From positions 10,982-74,981 of the forward strand of contig SGZL01000002.1 of assembly GCA_004213955.1 (NCBI GenBank): 64,000 nucleotides of DNA, written 5' to 3'. Source of the DNA: Gammaproteobacteria bacterium (lineage in GTDB: Bacteria; Pseudomonadota; Gammaproteobacteria; Magnimaribacterales; AG-339-G14). Under the pieces are notes generated by a model. That model had not been told where the DNA came from and made no database searches. It saw nothing but the letters and a program-made list of their open reading frames with translations. Of this stretch, positions 51,355-61,366 are shown piece after piece. Position 1 is the stretch's first letter. Each line of letters opens with the position of its first letter. Position numbers and translations under genes: made by a program.

Positions 51355-51666
51355 ATGAATGAAATACAATTAATTACAGCCCAATCTTCCTCTTTTTTAG
51401 GCCCACAACTCATTTTGATAGGTGGATTTTTTCTATTTATTTATTTTCTTATCATTAGACCCCAAAATAAAAGAATGAAAGCGCAAAAAGAAATGATAGA
51501 AAATCTATCGGTAGGAGATGAGATAGTAATTTCAGGAGGAATAGTTGGAGCTATCTTAAAAATATCCGACAATTTTATTACCATAAGAGCAAACAACTCT
51601 GAATTAATAATCCAAAGAGCTTCTGTCAGCAGCGTGCTACCGAAAGGAACAATTAAATCTTTGTAG
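51355..51666 (+). CDS. yajC: Preprotein translocase subunit YajC
   Basis: 103 aa. Single TM, then RPQNKRMK and GDEIVISGGIVG motifs. Confidence 0.9.
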   Translation: MNEIQLITAQSSSFLGPQLILIGGFFLFIYFLIIRPQNKRMKAQKEMIENLSVGDEIVISGGIVGAILKISDNFITIRANNSELIIQRASVSSVLPKGTIKSL

Positions 51667-51669
51667 AAA

Positions 51670-53484
51670 GTGCGATTTCAAGCTTGGAAAATTTTTTCTG
51701 TTTTAATAGTCCTTTTAATTGGGATTATATTTTCTCTTCCTAATATCTTTCCCCCCGATCCTTCAGTTCAAATTACAACTGCTAGCGCAGGTGATGGGTT
51801 TTCAAATAAATTCTTAGATGATCTTAAAGATCTCTCAGAGAATACCGATATAAATACTCTTTCTTTTGAAAAAACTGAAAAATCTATTCTGATCAGAACT
51901 AATAGCTATCAAGATCAAATTGAATTAAAAGATTTTTTACAAAAAGAATTAAATGAAAACTTTGTTGTTGCTCTTAATTTAGCAGCAAACACACCGGATT
52001 GGCTCAAAGCTTTGAATGCAAAACCTATGAAGTTAGGCTTGGATTTGAGAGGCGGCGTTAATTTCTTAATGGAGGTAGACACAGAACTTTTAATTCAAAC
52101 AAAATTAGAATCTATTGGGTCAGTTATAAGAAATTCTTTGAGAGAGGAAAGAATTAAAACGACTTCAATTGACATTCAAAACGATAGAATTTTAGTAAGT
52201 TTAGTAGACAACCAAAAAACTGAGGCTTTCACTAGAATAGTAAACGATCTCGGTAATTTAAATCTCAATCTTGTTCAAAATCTTAATTATGAGCTTTCTT
52301 TTTCTGATCAAGAAATAGATGAAACAATTGATTATGCAGTTCTTCAAAACTTAACCACTCTAAGAAATAGAGTAAACGAGTTAGGGGTATCAGAGCCTGT
52401 AGTTCAAAGAGAGGGCAGGAAAAGAATTTCCGTACAATTGCCAGGAATTCAAGATACCGCAGAAGCAAAAAAAATAATTGGTAAAACAGCAAATCTTGAA
52501 TTTCGTTTAGAGGCCAAAGACAATTCACTTGCTTCAAGAGTTGAAGCTTTTCCTTATCGAGGTTTGAAAACTAAGTTAGAAAAAAAAGTAATCATATCAG
52601 GAGACAGGGTATCTGACGCTAGTGTGGGATTCGACGAAAATGGATTTCCACAAGTAAATATATCTTTAGATTCAGATGGAGGAGCTCAGATGCATAGAGC
52701 TACTCGAAATAATGTTGGCACAAGAATGGCAGTTTTATTTGTTGAAAAAAAATCAACTTCTAACTTTGATAATGGTATTAATTCTATAAAAAATTTTTAT
52801 GATAAAAGAATAATCAGTCTCGCAACAATACAGTCGGCTCTTGCAAATCAATTTCGAATAACAGGATTAGATTCTCCTGCTGAGGCTTCAGAGTTAGCCT
52901 TATTGTTAAGAGCAGGAGCACTTGCAGCACCAATGAATTTTGTAGAAGAAGGAACGATAGGACCTTCCTTAGGAGCAGACAATATAAGATTGGGAATCAA
53001 TTCCCTTGCTCTGGGTTTATCTCTTGTTTTGATCTTTATGATTTTTTATTACAAAGTTTTTGGATTTATAGCAAATTTAGCTGTTTTGCTTAATTTGGTT
53101 TTGATCGCATCTGTCATGTCGATTTTATCTGCGACACTAACTTTGCCTGGGATTGCCGGTATTGTTCTTACAATCGGAATGGCAGTGGATGCAAATGTTT
53201 TAATATTTTCACGAATTCGGGAAGAATTAAAACGAAACTTAAAGCCATTAGAAGCGATAACATCAGGCTATGACAGAGCATTTATAACAATAGTAGACGC
53301 TAATTTAACTACTTTAATTGTGGCTCTTATTTTATATCTAGTTGGAACAGGTCCTATCCAAGGTTTTGCGATAACACTTTCTGTAGGAATTTTAACTTCA
53401 ATGTTTACTGCTATTCTTTTTACAAGAATGTTAGTTTTCTTTATCTATGCTCGTAGGAGAAACATAGAAAATATTTGGATTTGA
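51670..53484 (+). CDS. secD: Protein translocase subunit SecD
   Basis: 604 aa, GTG start. LGLDLRGG, a periplasmic domain, and a C-terminal 6-TM bundle (GIAGIVLTIGMAVDANVLIF). Confidence 0.95.
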   Translation: MRFQAWKIFSVLIVLLIGIIFSLPNIFPPDPSVQITTASAGDGFSNKFLDDLKDLSENTDINTLSFEKTEKSILIRTNSYQDQIELKDFLQKELNENFVVALNLAANTPDWLKALNAKPMKLGLDLRGGVNFLMEVDTELLIQTKLESIGSVIRNSLREERIKTTSIDIQNDRILVSLVDNQKTEAFTRIVNDLGNLNLNLVQNLNYELSFSDQEIDETIDYAVLQNLTTLRNRVNELGVSEPVVQREGRKRISVQLPGIQDTAEAKKIIGKTANLEFRLEAKDNSLASRVEAFPYRGLKTKLEKKVIISGDRVSDASVGFDENGFPQVNISLDSDGGAQMHRATRNNVGTRMAVLFVEKKSTSNFDNGINSIKNFYDKRIISLATIQSALANQFRITGLDSPAEASELALLLRAGALAAPMNFVEEGTIGPSLGADNIRLGINSLALGLSLVLIFMIFYYKVFGFIANLAVLLNLVLIASVMSILSATLTLPGIAGIVLTIGMAVDANVLIFSRIREELKRNLKPLEAITSGYDRAFITIVDANLTTLIVALILYLVGTGPIQGFAITLSVGILTSMFTAILFTRMLVFFIYARRRNIENIWI

Positions 53485-53488
53485 GTTT

Positions 53489-54391
53489 ATGAACATTCAA
53501 TTTATGAAATTCAGAAAGTTGGCGCTGATCTTATCTTCAGTTTTGATCTCTGTGTCTATAGTTTCTCTGGTATTTAAAAATTTAGAACTTGGCTTGGATT
53601 TTACTGGCGGAGTACTTGTTGAAATAAAGTTAGAAGAGAATTTAGAGGATTTGGAAGAGATAAGAGGCTTCCTTGATATGAAAGGTATAGAAAACTTTGT
53701 TTTGAATTTTTCAGGTACGCAAAATGAAGTAAGTATAAAAATTCCTGGAGGCACAAATAATTCTAATGCCGATCTTCTCAAAACAGCTCTTGAGGAAAAT
53801 TATCAATTTGATTTAAGAAAAGAAGAATTCATTGGACCTCAAATTGGGGAAGAATTAAGAGATCAAGGTGGATTGGGACTATTGCTGGCTTTGTTAATTA
53901 TGGCTGTTTACATAATGTTTCGTTTTCAATATAAGTTTGCACTAGGAGCGATTTTTGCTTTAGCTCATGACGTGATAATTGTTGTTGGAATGTTTTCTTT
54001 GTTCGCAATAGATTTTGACTTAACAGTGTTGGCTGCTGTTTTGGCAGTAATAGGATATTCTTTAAATGACACAATTGTTGTTTCGGATAGAATTAGGGAG
54101 AATTTTAGAAAAAAAAGAAGATCTGAAACTATTCCGCTTATTGATAGGTCTTTGAATCAGATGTTAGGGAGAACACTTATTACTTCTTTAACTACATTAT
54201 TGGTGCTCTTTGCTTTACTCATATTTGGTGGCGACGCGATTCAAAACTTTTCAACTGCCTTGATAATCGGAGTGATGGTAGGAACTTATTCTTCGATCTA
54301 TATTGTTTGCAATACTTTAATTTCTTTGAATATTACCGCAGATGATTTGGCTGTAAGAAAATCTGAGAGATTTGATGACGGCATGCCTTAA
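53489..54391 (+). CDS. secF: Protein translocase subunit SecF
   Basis: 300 aa. LGLDFTGG, plus GYSLNDTIVVSDRIRE. Confidence 0.95.
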   Translation: MNIQFMKFRKLALILSSVLISVSIVSLVFKNLELGLDFTGGVLVEIKLEENLEDLEEIRGFLDMKGIENFVLNFSGTQNEVSIKIPGGTNNSNADLLKTALEENYQFDLRKEEFIGPQIGEELRDQGGLGLLLALLIMAVYIMFRFQYKFALGAIFALAHDVIIVVGMFSLFAIDFDLTVLAAVLAVIGYSLNDTIVVSDRIRENFRKKRRSETIPLIDRSLNQMLGRTLITSLTTLLVLFALLIFGGDAIQNFSTALIIGVMVGTYSSIYIVCNTLISLNITADDLAVRKSERFDDGMP

Positions 54392-54392
54392 A

Positions 54393-55190
54393 TTACTTAA
54401 AGGAGCTTTTTATATCTTTCAAAATTAATTCAACACATTTTTTGTTTCCGGCGATCATGTGATGCGAATCGTCAACAACTTCACTACCAAAAAAATTAGA
54501 TACATAGCCTCCCGCTTCTTTAACCAGTAACTCTCCAGCAGCAAAATCCCAGTGTTTCATTCCATATCCTACGAATGCATCTAATCTACCAGCTGCAACA
54601 TAAGCTAAATCAATAGCCGTAGAACCGGTTCGCCTTAAGGTTAAATTATGGCTATACAATTTTTTGATGACTTCCATTGTGTTGAGCTCAGGCTCAATCT
54701 TGCCTGAATGAAAAGAATTACATAGAAGGGAATTTTTTAGAGTTTTGATCTTTGAAACTCTCAATCTTTCCCGATTTAAATAAGCTCCTTTTCCTTTAGA
54801 AGCATAATATTCATCATCTCTAGTTATGTCGTAGACAATTCCATGAGATAAAACATCTTTTTCGTAACAAGCAATAGAAATTGAGTAGTAAGGAAATCCG
54901 TGAATAAAATTAGTAGTTCCATCGATTGGGTCTATTACCCAAACTAATTCAGAATTCTCTTTTCCTGACTTACCTGACTCTTCACAAATAAAGGCACTAT
55001 CTGGAAAAGCCTCACTAAGAGAAGAAATAATGATATTTTCTGCAATTCTGTCTACTTGGGTAACAAAATCAGTGGGGCCTTTTTCGTAGATCTTTACTTT
55101 ATCCATTCTTCGAGAAAATTTAAGAATTTCTTTCGCTGCTAGTCCGGCAGCTTTTAAGGCTATGTTTATTTTTGGTTCTTTAGATTGCAC
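54393..55190 (-). CDS. suhB: Inositol monophosphatase family protein SuhB
   Basis: 265 aa. EESG, WVIDPIDGTTNF and WDFAAG motifs. Confidence 0.88.
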   Translation of the reverse strand: MQSKEPKINIALKAAGLAAKEILKFSRRMDKVKIYEKGPTDFVTQVDRIAENIIISSLSEAFPDSAFICEESGKSGKENSELVWVIDPIDGTTNFIHGFPYYSISIACYEKDVLSHGIVYDITRDDEYYASKGKGAYLNRERLRVSKIKTLKNSLLCNSFHSGKIEPELNTMEVIKKLYSHNLTLRRTGSTAIDLAYVAAGRLDAFVGYGMKHWDFAAGELLVKEAGGYVSNFFGSEVVDDSHHMIAGNKKCVELILKDIKSSFK

Positions 55191-55226
55191 AAAACAATTG
55201 TAAACTATTGGTTAACTGAGATCAGA

Positions 55227-55958
55227 ATGAATAAAAAAAATAATATTGATATTGAATTTATTTTAGTTGAGCCTTCCCATTCAGGAAATATTGGAGCCTG
55301 TGCAAGAGCGATCAAAAATATGGGATTTGAAAAATTAGCAATCGTTAAGCCAAGAAAAACAATTACCGAAGAAGCCTTTCATAGAGCAAAAAGTGCAAAA
55401 GATATCCTAGAAAATGCAGTTATCTATGAATCTTTTGATCAAGCAATTGAAGAAAAAAATTTAATTTTAGCCACCAGTGCTAGAGAGAGAACTATCCCTT
55501 GGCCGACTTTTTATATTGATGAAATTAGTGAGGAAATAAAAGGTGAGCTTAAATCAGAAAAAACTAAAAGTGCAATTATTTTTGGAAGAGAAGATAATGG
55601 TCTTTCTAATGAAGAACTTCAAAAATGTCATATACATCTCGTAATTCCCACTAGTGACGAATACTCGTCATTAAATTTATCTCATGCACTTCAGCTAGTT
55701 GCTTTTGAAATTAGAAAGATATACTTAGATAACAATGTCCCTATATCCGAAGAAAAAGATTTAGTTTCAAACTTAGAAAATGAAAAATTATTAGAACATT
55801 TAATGGAAGTTTTAAAAAAAATAGACTTTTACGACCCAAAAAGTTCCAAGCAAGTTAAAACTAGAATAGAGAGATTAATAAAAAAAATAAGGTTAGATAA
55901 AATGGAAATGGGGATTCTTAGAGGATTTCTTTCTAAGATTATGGACTTTGAAAAATGA
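55227..55958 (+). CDS. trmJ: tRNA (cytidine/uridine32-2'-O)-methyltransferase TrmJ (SpoU class)
   Basis: ILVEPSHSGNIGACARAIKNMGF, FGREDNGLSNEEL and SLNLSHA motifs. Start set at ATG 55227 (MNKKNN); the tracked 55185 start overlaps divergent suhB. Confidence 0.85.
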   Translation: MNKKNNIDIEFILVEPSHSGNIGACARAIKNMGFEKLAIVKPRKTITEEAFHRAKSAKDILENAVIYESFDQAIEEKNLILATSARERTIPWPTFYIDEISEEIKGELKSEKTKSAIIFGREDNGLSNEELQKCHIHLVIPTSDEYSSLNLSHALQLVAFEIRKIYLDNNVPISEEKDLVSNLENEKLLEHLMEVLKKIDFYDPKSSKQVKTRIERLIKKIRLDKMEMGILRGFLSKIMDFEK

Positions 55959-55982
55959 TTGTTTCTGATACAATCATTTTTT
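55952..55982 (+). terminator. Hairpin + T-run overlapping the trmJ stop codon
   Basis: AATGATTGT-TTCTGAT-ACAATCATT followed by TTTT. AT-rich 9-bp stem. Ends 7 nt before tRNA-Glu. Confidence 0.6.
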
Positions 55983-55988
55983 CGTTGA

Positions 55989-56063
55989 GTCCCCTTCGTC
56001 TAGCGGTTAGGACACCGGGTTTTCATCTCGGCAACAGGGGTTCGATCCCCCTAGGGGACGCCA
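55989..56063 (+). tRNA. tRNA-Glu (anticodon UUC), CCA encoded
   Basis: Acceptor GTCCCCT/AGGGGAC, anticodon stem CCGGG/CTCGG with loop TTTTCAT, and T-arm AGGGG-TTCGATC-CCCCT. Confidence 0.93.
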
Positions 56064-56205
56064 AAAAATACGCTCTTTAAAAGTGCATTCTTGTCATTTA
56101 TTAACTGAAACTGTTCGATTACCTATCTTTTTTAAGGTTTTTTAAAAAAACTAGCTTGAATTAACCACCTTTTTTGTAGTTTTAAAATACAAGATATAAA
56201 TTGTT

Positions 56206-56222
56206 TGAATGCTCAGCATTCA
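56206..56222. promoter_or_regulatory. 17-bp perfect palindrome upstream of glnK (candidate operator or 5'-UTR hairpin)
   Basis: TGAATGC-TCA-GCATTCA, ending 10 nt upstream of the glnK ATG (56233). No TGGCAC-N5-TTGC sigma-54 element was found in the 175-bp upstream gap. Confidence 0.3.
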
Positions 56223-56232
56223 TCAAAGATTT

Positions 56233-56583
56233 ATGAAACTTATGTCAATTGTTGTGAAACCATCCAAAGTCGAAGCTGTCAAAAGCGCGATTTCATCAGT
56301 AGGTGTTAGCGGAGCTACTATCTTGGATGCTAGAGGATTTGGATCAACAAAGGGGCACACAGACTCTTATAGGGGAGCTCAATATCAAGTGGATACTAAT
56401 CCAAAAGCTATGTTGCAGGTCGCGTGTAAGGACGAGAGTGTTAATGACATTGTAGAAGCGGTTCGTAGTGTGGCTAATACCAACACTATTGGTGATGGAA
56501 AAATTTTTATCACAGAACTTTTAGATGTAATACGTATCAGAACCGGTGAAACTGGTGAAGGTGCGATAAACGGAGAATATTAA
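56233..56583 (+). CDS. glnK: Nitrogen regulatory protein P-II (GlnK)
   Basis: 116 aa from ATG 56233 (MKLMSIVVKP aligns with MKKIEAIIKP). T-loop GFGSTKGHTDSYRGAQY retains the uridylylatable Tyr. IGDGKIFI and IRIRTGE blocks. Overlaps amtB (TAATG). Confidence 0.9.
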   Translation: MKLMSIVVKPSKVEAVKSAISSVGVSGATILDARGFGSTKGHTDSYRGAQYQVDTNPKAMLQVACKDESVNDIVEAVRSVANTNTIGDGKIFITELLDVIRIRTGETGEGAINGEY

Positions 56584-57821
56584 TGGAAGAAATTAAATTT
56601 TCATTAGACACATTCTATGCTCTTATGTCAGGAGCACTAGTTATGTGGATGGCAGCTGGTTTCACTATGTTGGAAGCTGGCTTAGTTCAGAAGAAGGATG
56701 TCTCTGAGATTGTTACTAAGAATTTAGGATTGTATTCAATCGCATGTGTCATGTATTTGGCATGTGGATTTATTCTTATGTATCCAGGATCAGCTTTAAT
56801 AGACGGAATTCTTCCTGGAATAGGAACTTCTTGGTGGTTGTCTACTGCAGACCCAATAGAGGAAATCGGAATTCCTTACGGAATGGATTACTCACAACAA
56901 GCTGATTTCTTTTTCCAAGTAGTTTTTGTTGCGACAGCTATGTCAATTGTTTCAGGAGCAGTTGCAGGTAGAATGAAACTACTTCCTTTTTACTTATTTG
57001 CTATTATCCTTACTGCCTTCATTTACCCAATTCAAGGTTACTGGAACTGGGGTGGAGGTTTCTTAAGCTCAGGTGGTTATTCTGACTACGCTGGATCAGG
57101 TACAGTACATTTATGTGGTGCTGCTGCAGCTTTAGCTGTTGTTACAGTCCTAGGTCCAAGAAAAGGCAAATACAATGCAGATGGTTCTGTTAACCCTATG
57201 CCTGGATCAAACATTCCTTTAGCAGCTTTAGGAGCTTGGATACTTTGGTTAGGTTGGTTTGGTTTTAATGGTGGTTCAGAGCTTGTTGTAAGTTCAGAAG
57301 CCAGTGCTATTGCTGTCAGTCAAGTGTTCTTGAACACAAATATGGCTGCTGCAGGTGGAGTTATAGCTGCATTATTAACAAGTTTATTTGCAACTGGAAA
57401 AATGGACGTCACCATGGCTATAAATGGTGCAATTGCCGGTTTAGTTGCAATTACTGCTGGTCCAAGTGCTCCAACAGGTGGTGAAGCCGTATTTATAGGA
57501 GCCGCTGGTGGTGTCTTGGTCTACTTCTCAATCCTTTTCTTTGATAAAAGCATGAAAGTAGATGACCCAGTTGGCGCTATTTCTGCCCACGGAACAGTTG
57601 GTATTTTAGGTGTAATGGTCGTTCCATTTACTTCTGATGCTTCATTCCTCTGGCAGTTATATGGAGTTCTTGCTATCGGTGGATTCACTTATATAGCGAG
57701 CTTAATAGTTACATTTATTATTAATATAATTATGCCAATCAGAGCAACTGACGAAGAGCAAGACGCAGGTCTTGATTCTACAGAAGTTGGGGTAGCAGCT
57801 TACCCAGAATTCTCAGATTAA
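56583..57821 (+). CDS. amtB: Ammonium transporter AmtB
   Basis: 412 aa with about 11 TM segments. DYAGSGTVHL and GAISAHGTVGILG contain the twin-His pore residues. Confidence 0.95.
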   Translation: MEEIKFSLDTFYALMSGALVMWMAAGFTMLEAGLVQKKDVSEIVTKNLGLYSIACVMYLACGFILMYPGSALIDGILPGIGTSWWLSTADPIEEIGIPYGMDYSQQADFFFQVVFVATAMSIVSGAVAGRMKLLPFYLFAIILTAFIYPIQGYWNWGGGFLSSGGYSDYAGSGTVHLCGAAAALAVVTVLGPRKGKYNADGSVNPMPGSNIPLAALGAWILWLGWFGFNGGSELVVSSEASAIAVSQVFLNTNMAAAGGVIAALLTSLFATGKMDVTMAINGAIAGLVAITAGPSAPTGGEAVFIGAAGGVLVYFSILFFDKSMKVDDPVGAISAHGTVGILGVMVVPFTSDASFLWQLYGVLAIGGFTYIASLIVTFIINIIMPIRATDEEQDAGLDSTEVGVAAYPEFSD

Positions 57822-57833
57822 TTTCTCCCTAAT

Positions 57834-57868
57834 AAAAAGCAGGCAAGCCTCCCTTGCCTGCTTTTTTC
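57834..57868 (+). terminator. Rho-independent terminator after amtB
   Basis: AGCAGGCAAG-CCTCC-CTTGCCTGCT: perfect 10-bp stem followed by TTTTT. Confidence 0.88.
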
Positions 57869-57909
57869 GTTTTTGTTTATAACTAAACTTAAAGGATACA
57901 ATTCTCTTC

Positions 57910-59913
57910 ATGAAATACGCTTATGGGTTATTGCTATCTGTATTTTCTTTTTTTGTTTTATCTGAGCTAGAAGAAATAACCGTTATAAATTCTAAGTGGT
58001 TATTCTTGCCTTCCGTCGATCAAATTGAAGAAGAAGAAATTTACTTTTTAAACTCTCATCATTTAAAGGAGCTATTAAATTTATCGTCTGGAGTTTGGAT
58101 TAGTAGGGGATCTGGGCAAGAAAATCTCATTTCTTTAAGATCTCCAGTTTTAACTGGACCTGGCGCTTGCGGATCCTTTCAGATTACTGAAGATGGAATC
58201 CCTATACGACCGGCAGGATTTTGTAATGTAAATAATCTTTTTGAAATATCAGCTAATTTAGCCTCACAAGTTGAAGTTATTAAAGGCCCCTCAAGCGCAA
58301 TGTTTGGAGGTAACTCTTTACATGGGTTAATCAACATTAAGTCGTTGGAACCAAAGGATGCTAATGATATTTATTTTCAAATTGATAAGAATGAATCTCT
58401 TAGATCAAGAGTATTGCTTAGAAATTCTTCCAATACCCTTTTGGGTGTTGAACTAGATAGAGACAAAGGTTTTAGAAATCAAACTGGTTTCGATCAACAA
58501 AAAATGGTTATTAAAAACTATGGTAGTTTTAGAGATTGGTCTCTGCAAACCTTAATTAACTTTACAAATTTGAATCAAGAAACAGCTGGTTACATTGATT
58601 CCTATTTCCATCCCACACGAATAATTAATGTAAATCCTGAAGCTTATAGAGATGCTAAATCTTTAAGGATAAAAACAGAAATTTCAAAGAATTTAGATGC
58701 CTTAGATATCTCTTTAATACCATATATAAGATTTAGCTCTATGAATTTTATTCAGCATTATTTGCCAGGACAACCTATAGAAAAAAACGGACAAAAGAGT
58801 GCGGGACTTTTTTTTAATTTATTAGGATTTAAAGTTAACAATAATTCTTTTGGTATTGGAAGTCAGATTGAATTTGCACATGTCAATTTAGACCAATATC
58901 AACCTGACGTTCTAAACTCTTCAAATGCTTTTAATAATGCAGTAAGGCCTCAAGGTTTTCATTATGACTTTGAGGTAAAAACAAATCTTATAGCAAGTTA
59001 TATCTCCCATGAGTTTGAATCAAAAAATAGTTTGAAATTTTTTTCGAATTTTCGAGTTGAATACCTCAAATATGATTACGATAATCTAATGTCAGATGGT
59101 CGTTTAAGAGACGATGGATCGGCTTGTGAAAGAGGAGGTTGTTTTTATTCTAGACCTGCTGACTCTAAATTAAGTTTTAAAGATCTTTCTCACAGAATTG
59201 GGATTTCAAAGGAAATAGATTTAGGAAAAGTATTTGTTCAATTTAGTAAAGGTCATCGCCCACCACAGATTAATGAACTATTCAGACTTCAAAAATCTCA
59301 AACTCTGGCCGACTTAGACTCAGAAAAAATAAACTCTTTTGAAATAGCTATAGAAAATCTTGGAAAAAATTATTCTAATAAATTAGTTTTTTATTATTCA
59401 AAAAAGAAAAACTATATCTTTAAAGATGCCGATACAAACATGGTCGTTGGCGGAAAATCCAGACATAAAGGAATCGAAATAAAAGGGCTAAGAAATTTCA
59501 ACACAATATTTTCTATTAAGTACGCTTTAAATATAGCAGGTCATTATTATGATTTTACTGATATCAATAGAGGTATTATCTTAGGAAATGAAATTGATAC
59601 TGCTCCGAATGTTTTTGGCAGTATTTTTTTAAATTTCAAATTTTTAAACAAAATTATTTTAGAGATTGAACAAGAATTTATGGACGAATATTTTACCGAG
59701 CCTTCTAATATATATTCCTATAAAGGACATTACTTGACCAACCTCAGAACCTCTTATGATTTAAATAGAGACGTAAGTTTTAATTTAAGTGTTCTTAATT
59801 TATTTGACAAGGAATATGCTGAGAGAGCAGATTTTTCTTCATTTTCAGGAGAAAGATTTTTTCCTGGAATTCCTTTAAAGTGGCGCCTAGGAATCAATTA
59901 TAAATTCAATTAA
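57910..59913 (+). CDS. TonB-dependent outer-membrane receptor
   Basis: 667 aa. Signal peptide, TonB-box-like EEITVI, plug-domain blocks (VEVIKGPSSAMFGGNSLHGLINI), and a beta-barrel ending in an aromatic-rich terminal strand (LGINYKFN). Confidence 0.88.
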   Translation: MKYAYGLLLSVFSFFVLSELEEITVINSKWLFLPSVDQIEEEEIYFLNSHHLKELLNLSSGVWISRGSGQENLISLRSPVLTGPGACGSFQITEDGIPIRPAGFCNVNNLFEISANLASQVEVIKGPSSAMFGGNSLHGLINIKSLEPKDANDIYFQIDKNESLRSRVLLRNSSNTLLGVELDRDKGFRNQTGFDQQKMVIKNYGSFRDWSLQTLINFTNLNQETAGYIDSYFHPTRIINVNPEAYRDAKSLRIKTEISKNLDALDISLIPYIRFSSMNFIQHYLPGQPIEKNGQKSAGLFFNLLGFKVNNNSFGIGSQIEFAHVNLDQYQPDVLNSSNAFNNAVRPQGFHYDFEVKTNLIASYISHEFESKNSLKFFSNFRVEYLKYDYDNLMSDGRLRDDGSACERGGCFYSRPADSKLSFKDLSHRIGISKEIDLGKVFVQFSKGHRPPQINELFRLQKSQTLADLDSEKINSFEIAIENLGKNYSNKLVFYYSKKKNYIFKDADTNMVVGGKSRHKGIEIKGLRNFNTIFSIKYALNIAGHYYDFTDINRGIILGNEIDTAPNVFGSIFLNFKFLNKIILEIEQEFMDEYFTEPSNIYSYKGHYLTNLRTSYDLNRDVSFNLSVLNLFDKEYAERADFSSFSGERFFPGIPLKWRLGINYKFN

Positions 59914-59922
59914 ATATTTCAA

Positions 59923-61293
59923 GTGAGTTATTCTAAAAGTTCTCAAGAGCTATCTGAAAATATTGAAAGCGTTTCAAGTCCAGAAACTTTATCGATATGG
60001 GGATTGGCCTGGCCTTCAATTTTAGCAAATATATTATTTGCAGCTGCAGGGGTAGTTTCAATCAAAGCCGTTGGAGTGCTGGGGACTGAAGCTGTCGCAG
60101 CAGTTGGAACCGGGCAAAGAATTTTATTTGTTATTCAATCAATAATTATGGCTGTATCGACCGGAACTGCTGCGCTTGTGGCCAGGGCCTTTGGCTCAAT
60201 GAATTATAAAGAAGCTTCCCAGGTCTTACTTGATTCACTTTGGATTGGTTCTTCACTTAGTTTTTTAGCCACTTTACTAATGTGGTTTTATGGTGAATCA
60301 ATAATTTCCCTTTTTGGTTTAGATCCTGAATCTAAAAAATTAGCTGTAATTTATATCAAATATACAATGCTTTTTTCTATTACCTTCTCTTGTTCTTTTA
60401 TTTTTAGTTCAGCTTTAAGAGCTGCCGGGGATGCAAAGACGCCTTTAGTGATAATGATCTTTCAAAATGTACTGAATATATACTTATTAATTGGTTTAGT
60501 TAATGGACAATTTGGGCTCCCTCAAATGGGAGTTGTTGGAGCTTCATATGCCTGGGGAATATCATTTTCGATAGGCACTTTGATTTATTTAGTTCTTTGG
60601 TTTTCAAGGATGACTATTATTCCTATACCAAATTTTAGAGACATAATATTAAGAAGAATAAAATCAATTTTGAAAATTGCTACCCCAGCCACTATAGAGC
60701 AAGGAGTGTTTCAGTCAGGGCTTTTATTTTATTTTTGGATAATTTCTCTTTATGGGACTGCACCAAGCGCTGCTTACAACATAGGAATAAATATTCTAAT
60801 GCTTTCTTTTATGATAGGTCAGGGTTTTTCTATAGCAGGTGCTACTTTAACTGGACAATTTATAGGAGCGAACAATCCTAGAGAAGCTAAACGAAGTGGT
60901 TGGAGATCTGCAGGATTATCTATTGTTTCTATGGGAATTGTTGGCTTCTTAATTGCTTTATTTTCAAACGAAATTTCAAGATTTCTTGTTGACGATGATG
61001 AGGTTGTAAGATTAACGGTAATATTTGTGTGGTTTCTGGGCTCTATGCAACCTTTGATGGCAATAGAATTCGCAATAGGAGGGGCTTTAAGAGGAGCCGG
61101 CGACACTAAATCGCCATTAGTTATTACTCTTATCGGTTTAGTATTTTTTAGACTTTCAATAGCCTCTTTATTTTTATTATTCGAATTACCAGTTGAATAT
61201 ATTTTTGCAAGTTTAATGGTGGATTATCTGGTGAAAGCTATTTTATTTGCCTATAGATTTAATTCTGGTAGATGGATAAAAATTAATGTATAG
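59923..61293 (+). CDS. MATE-family efflux transporter
   Basis: 456 aa with 12 predicted TM segments. Duplicated halves each carry R(A/G)AGD(A/T)K(T/S)P (RAAGDAKTPL, RGAGDTKSPL). GTG start. Confidence 0.88.
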   Translation: MSYSKSSQELSENIESVSSPETLSIWGLAWPSILANILFAAAGVVSIKAVGVLGTEAVAAVGTGQRILFVIQSIIMAVSTGTAALVARAFGSMNYKEASQVLLDSLWIGSSLSFLATLLMWFYGESIISLFGLDPESKKLAVIYIKYTMLFSITFSCSFIFSSALRAAGDAKTPLVIMIFQNVLNIYLLIGLVNGQFGLPQMGVVGASYAWGISFSIGTLIYLVLWFSRMTIIPIPNFRDIILRRIKSILKIATPATIEQGVFQSGLLFYFWIISLYGTAPSAAYNIGINILMLSFMIGQGFSIAGATLTGQFIGANNPREAKRSGWRSAGLSIVSMGIVGFLIALFSNEISRFLVDDDEVVRLTVIFVWFLGSMQPLMAIEFAIGGALRGAGDTKSPLVITLIGLVFFRLSIASLFLLFELPVEYIFASLMVDYLVKAILFAYRFNSGRWIKINV

Positions 61294-61366
61294 CTAATAA
61301 TTTAAATTTTTTCTATTTTTAATGTATTATTTAACAAATTATTAATAATTATCTGGGAGAGATATT

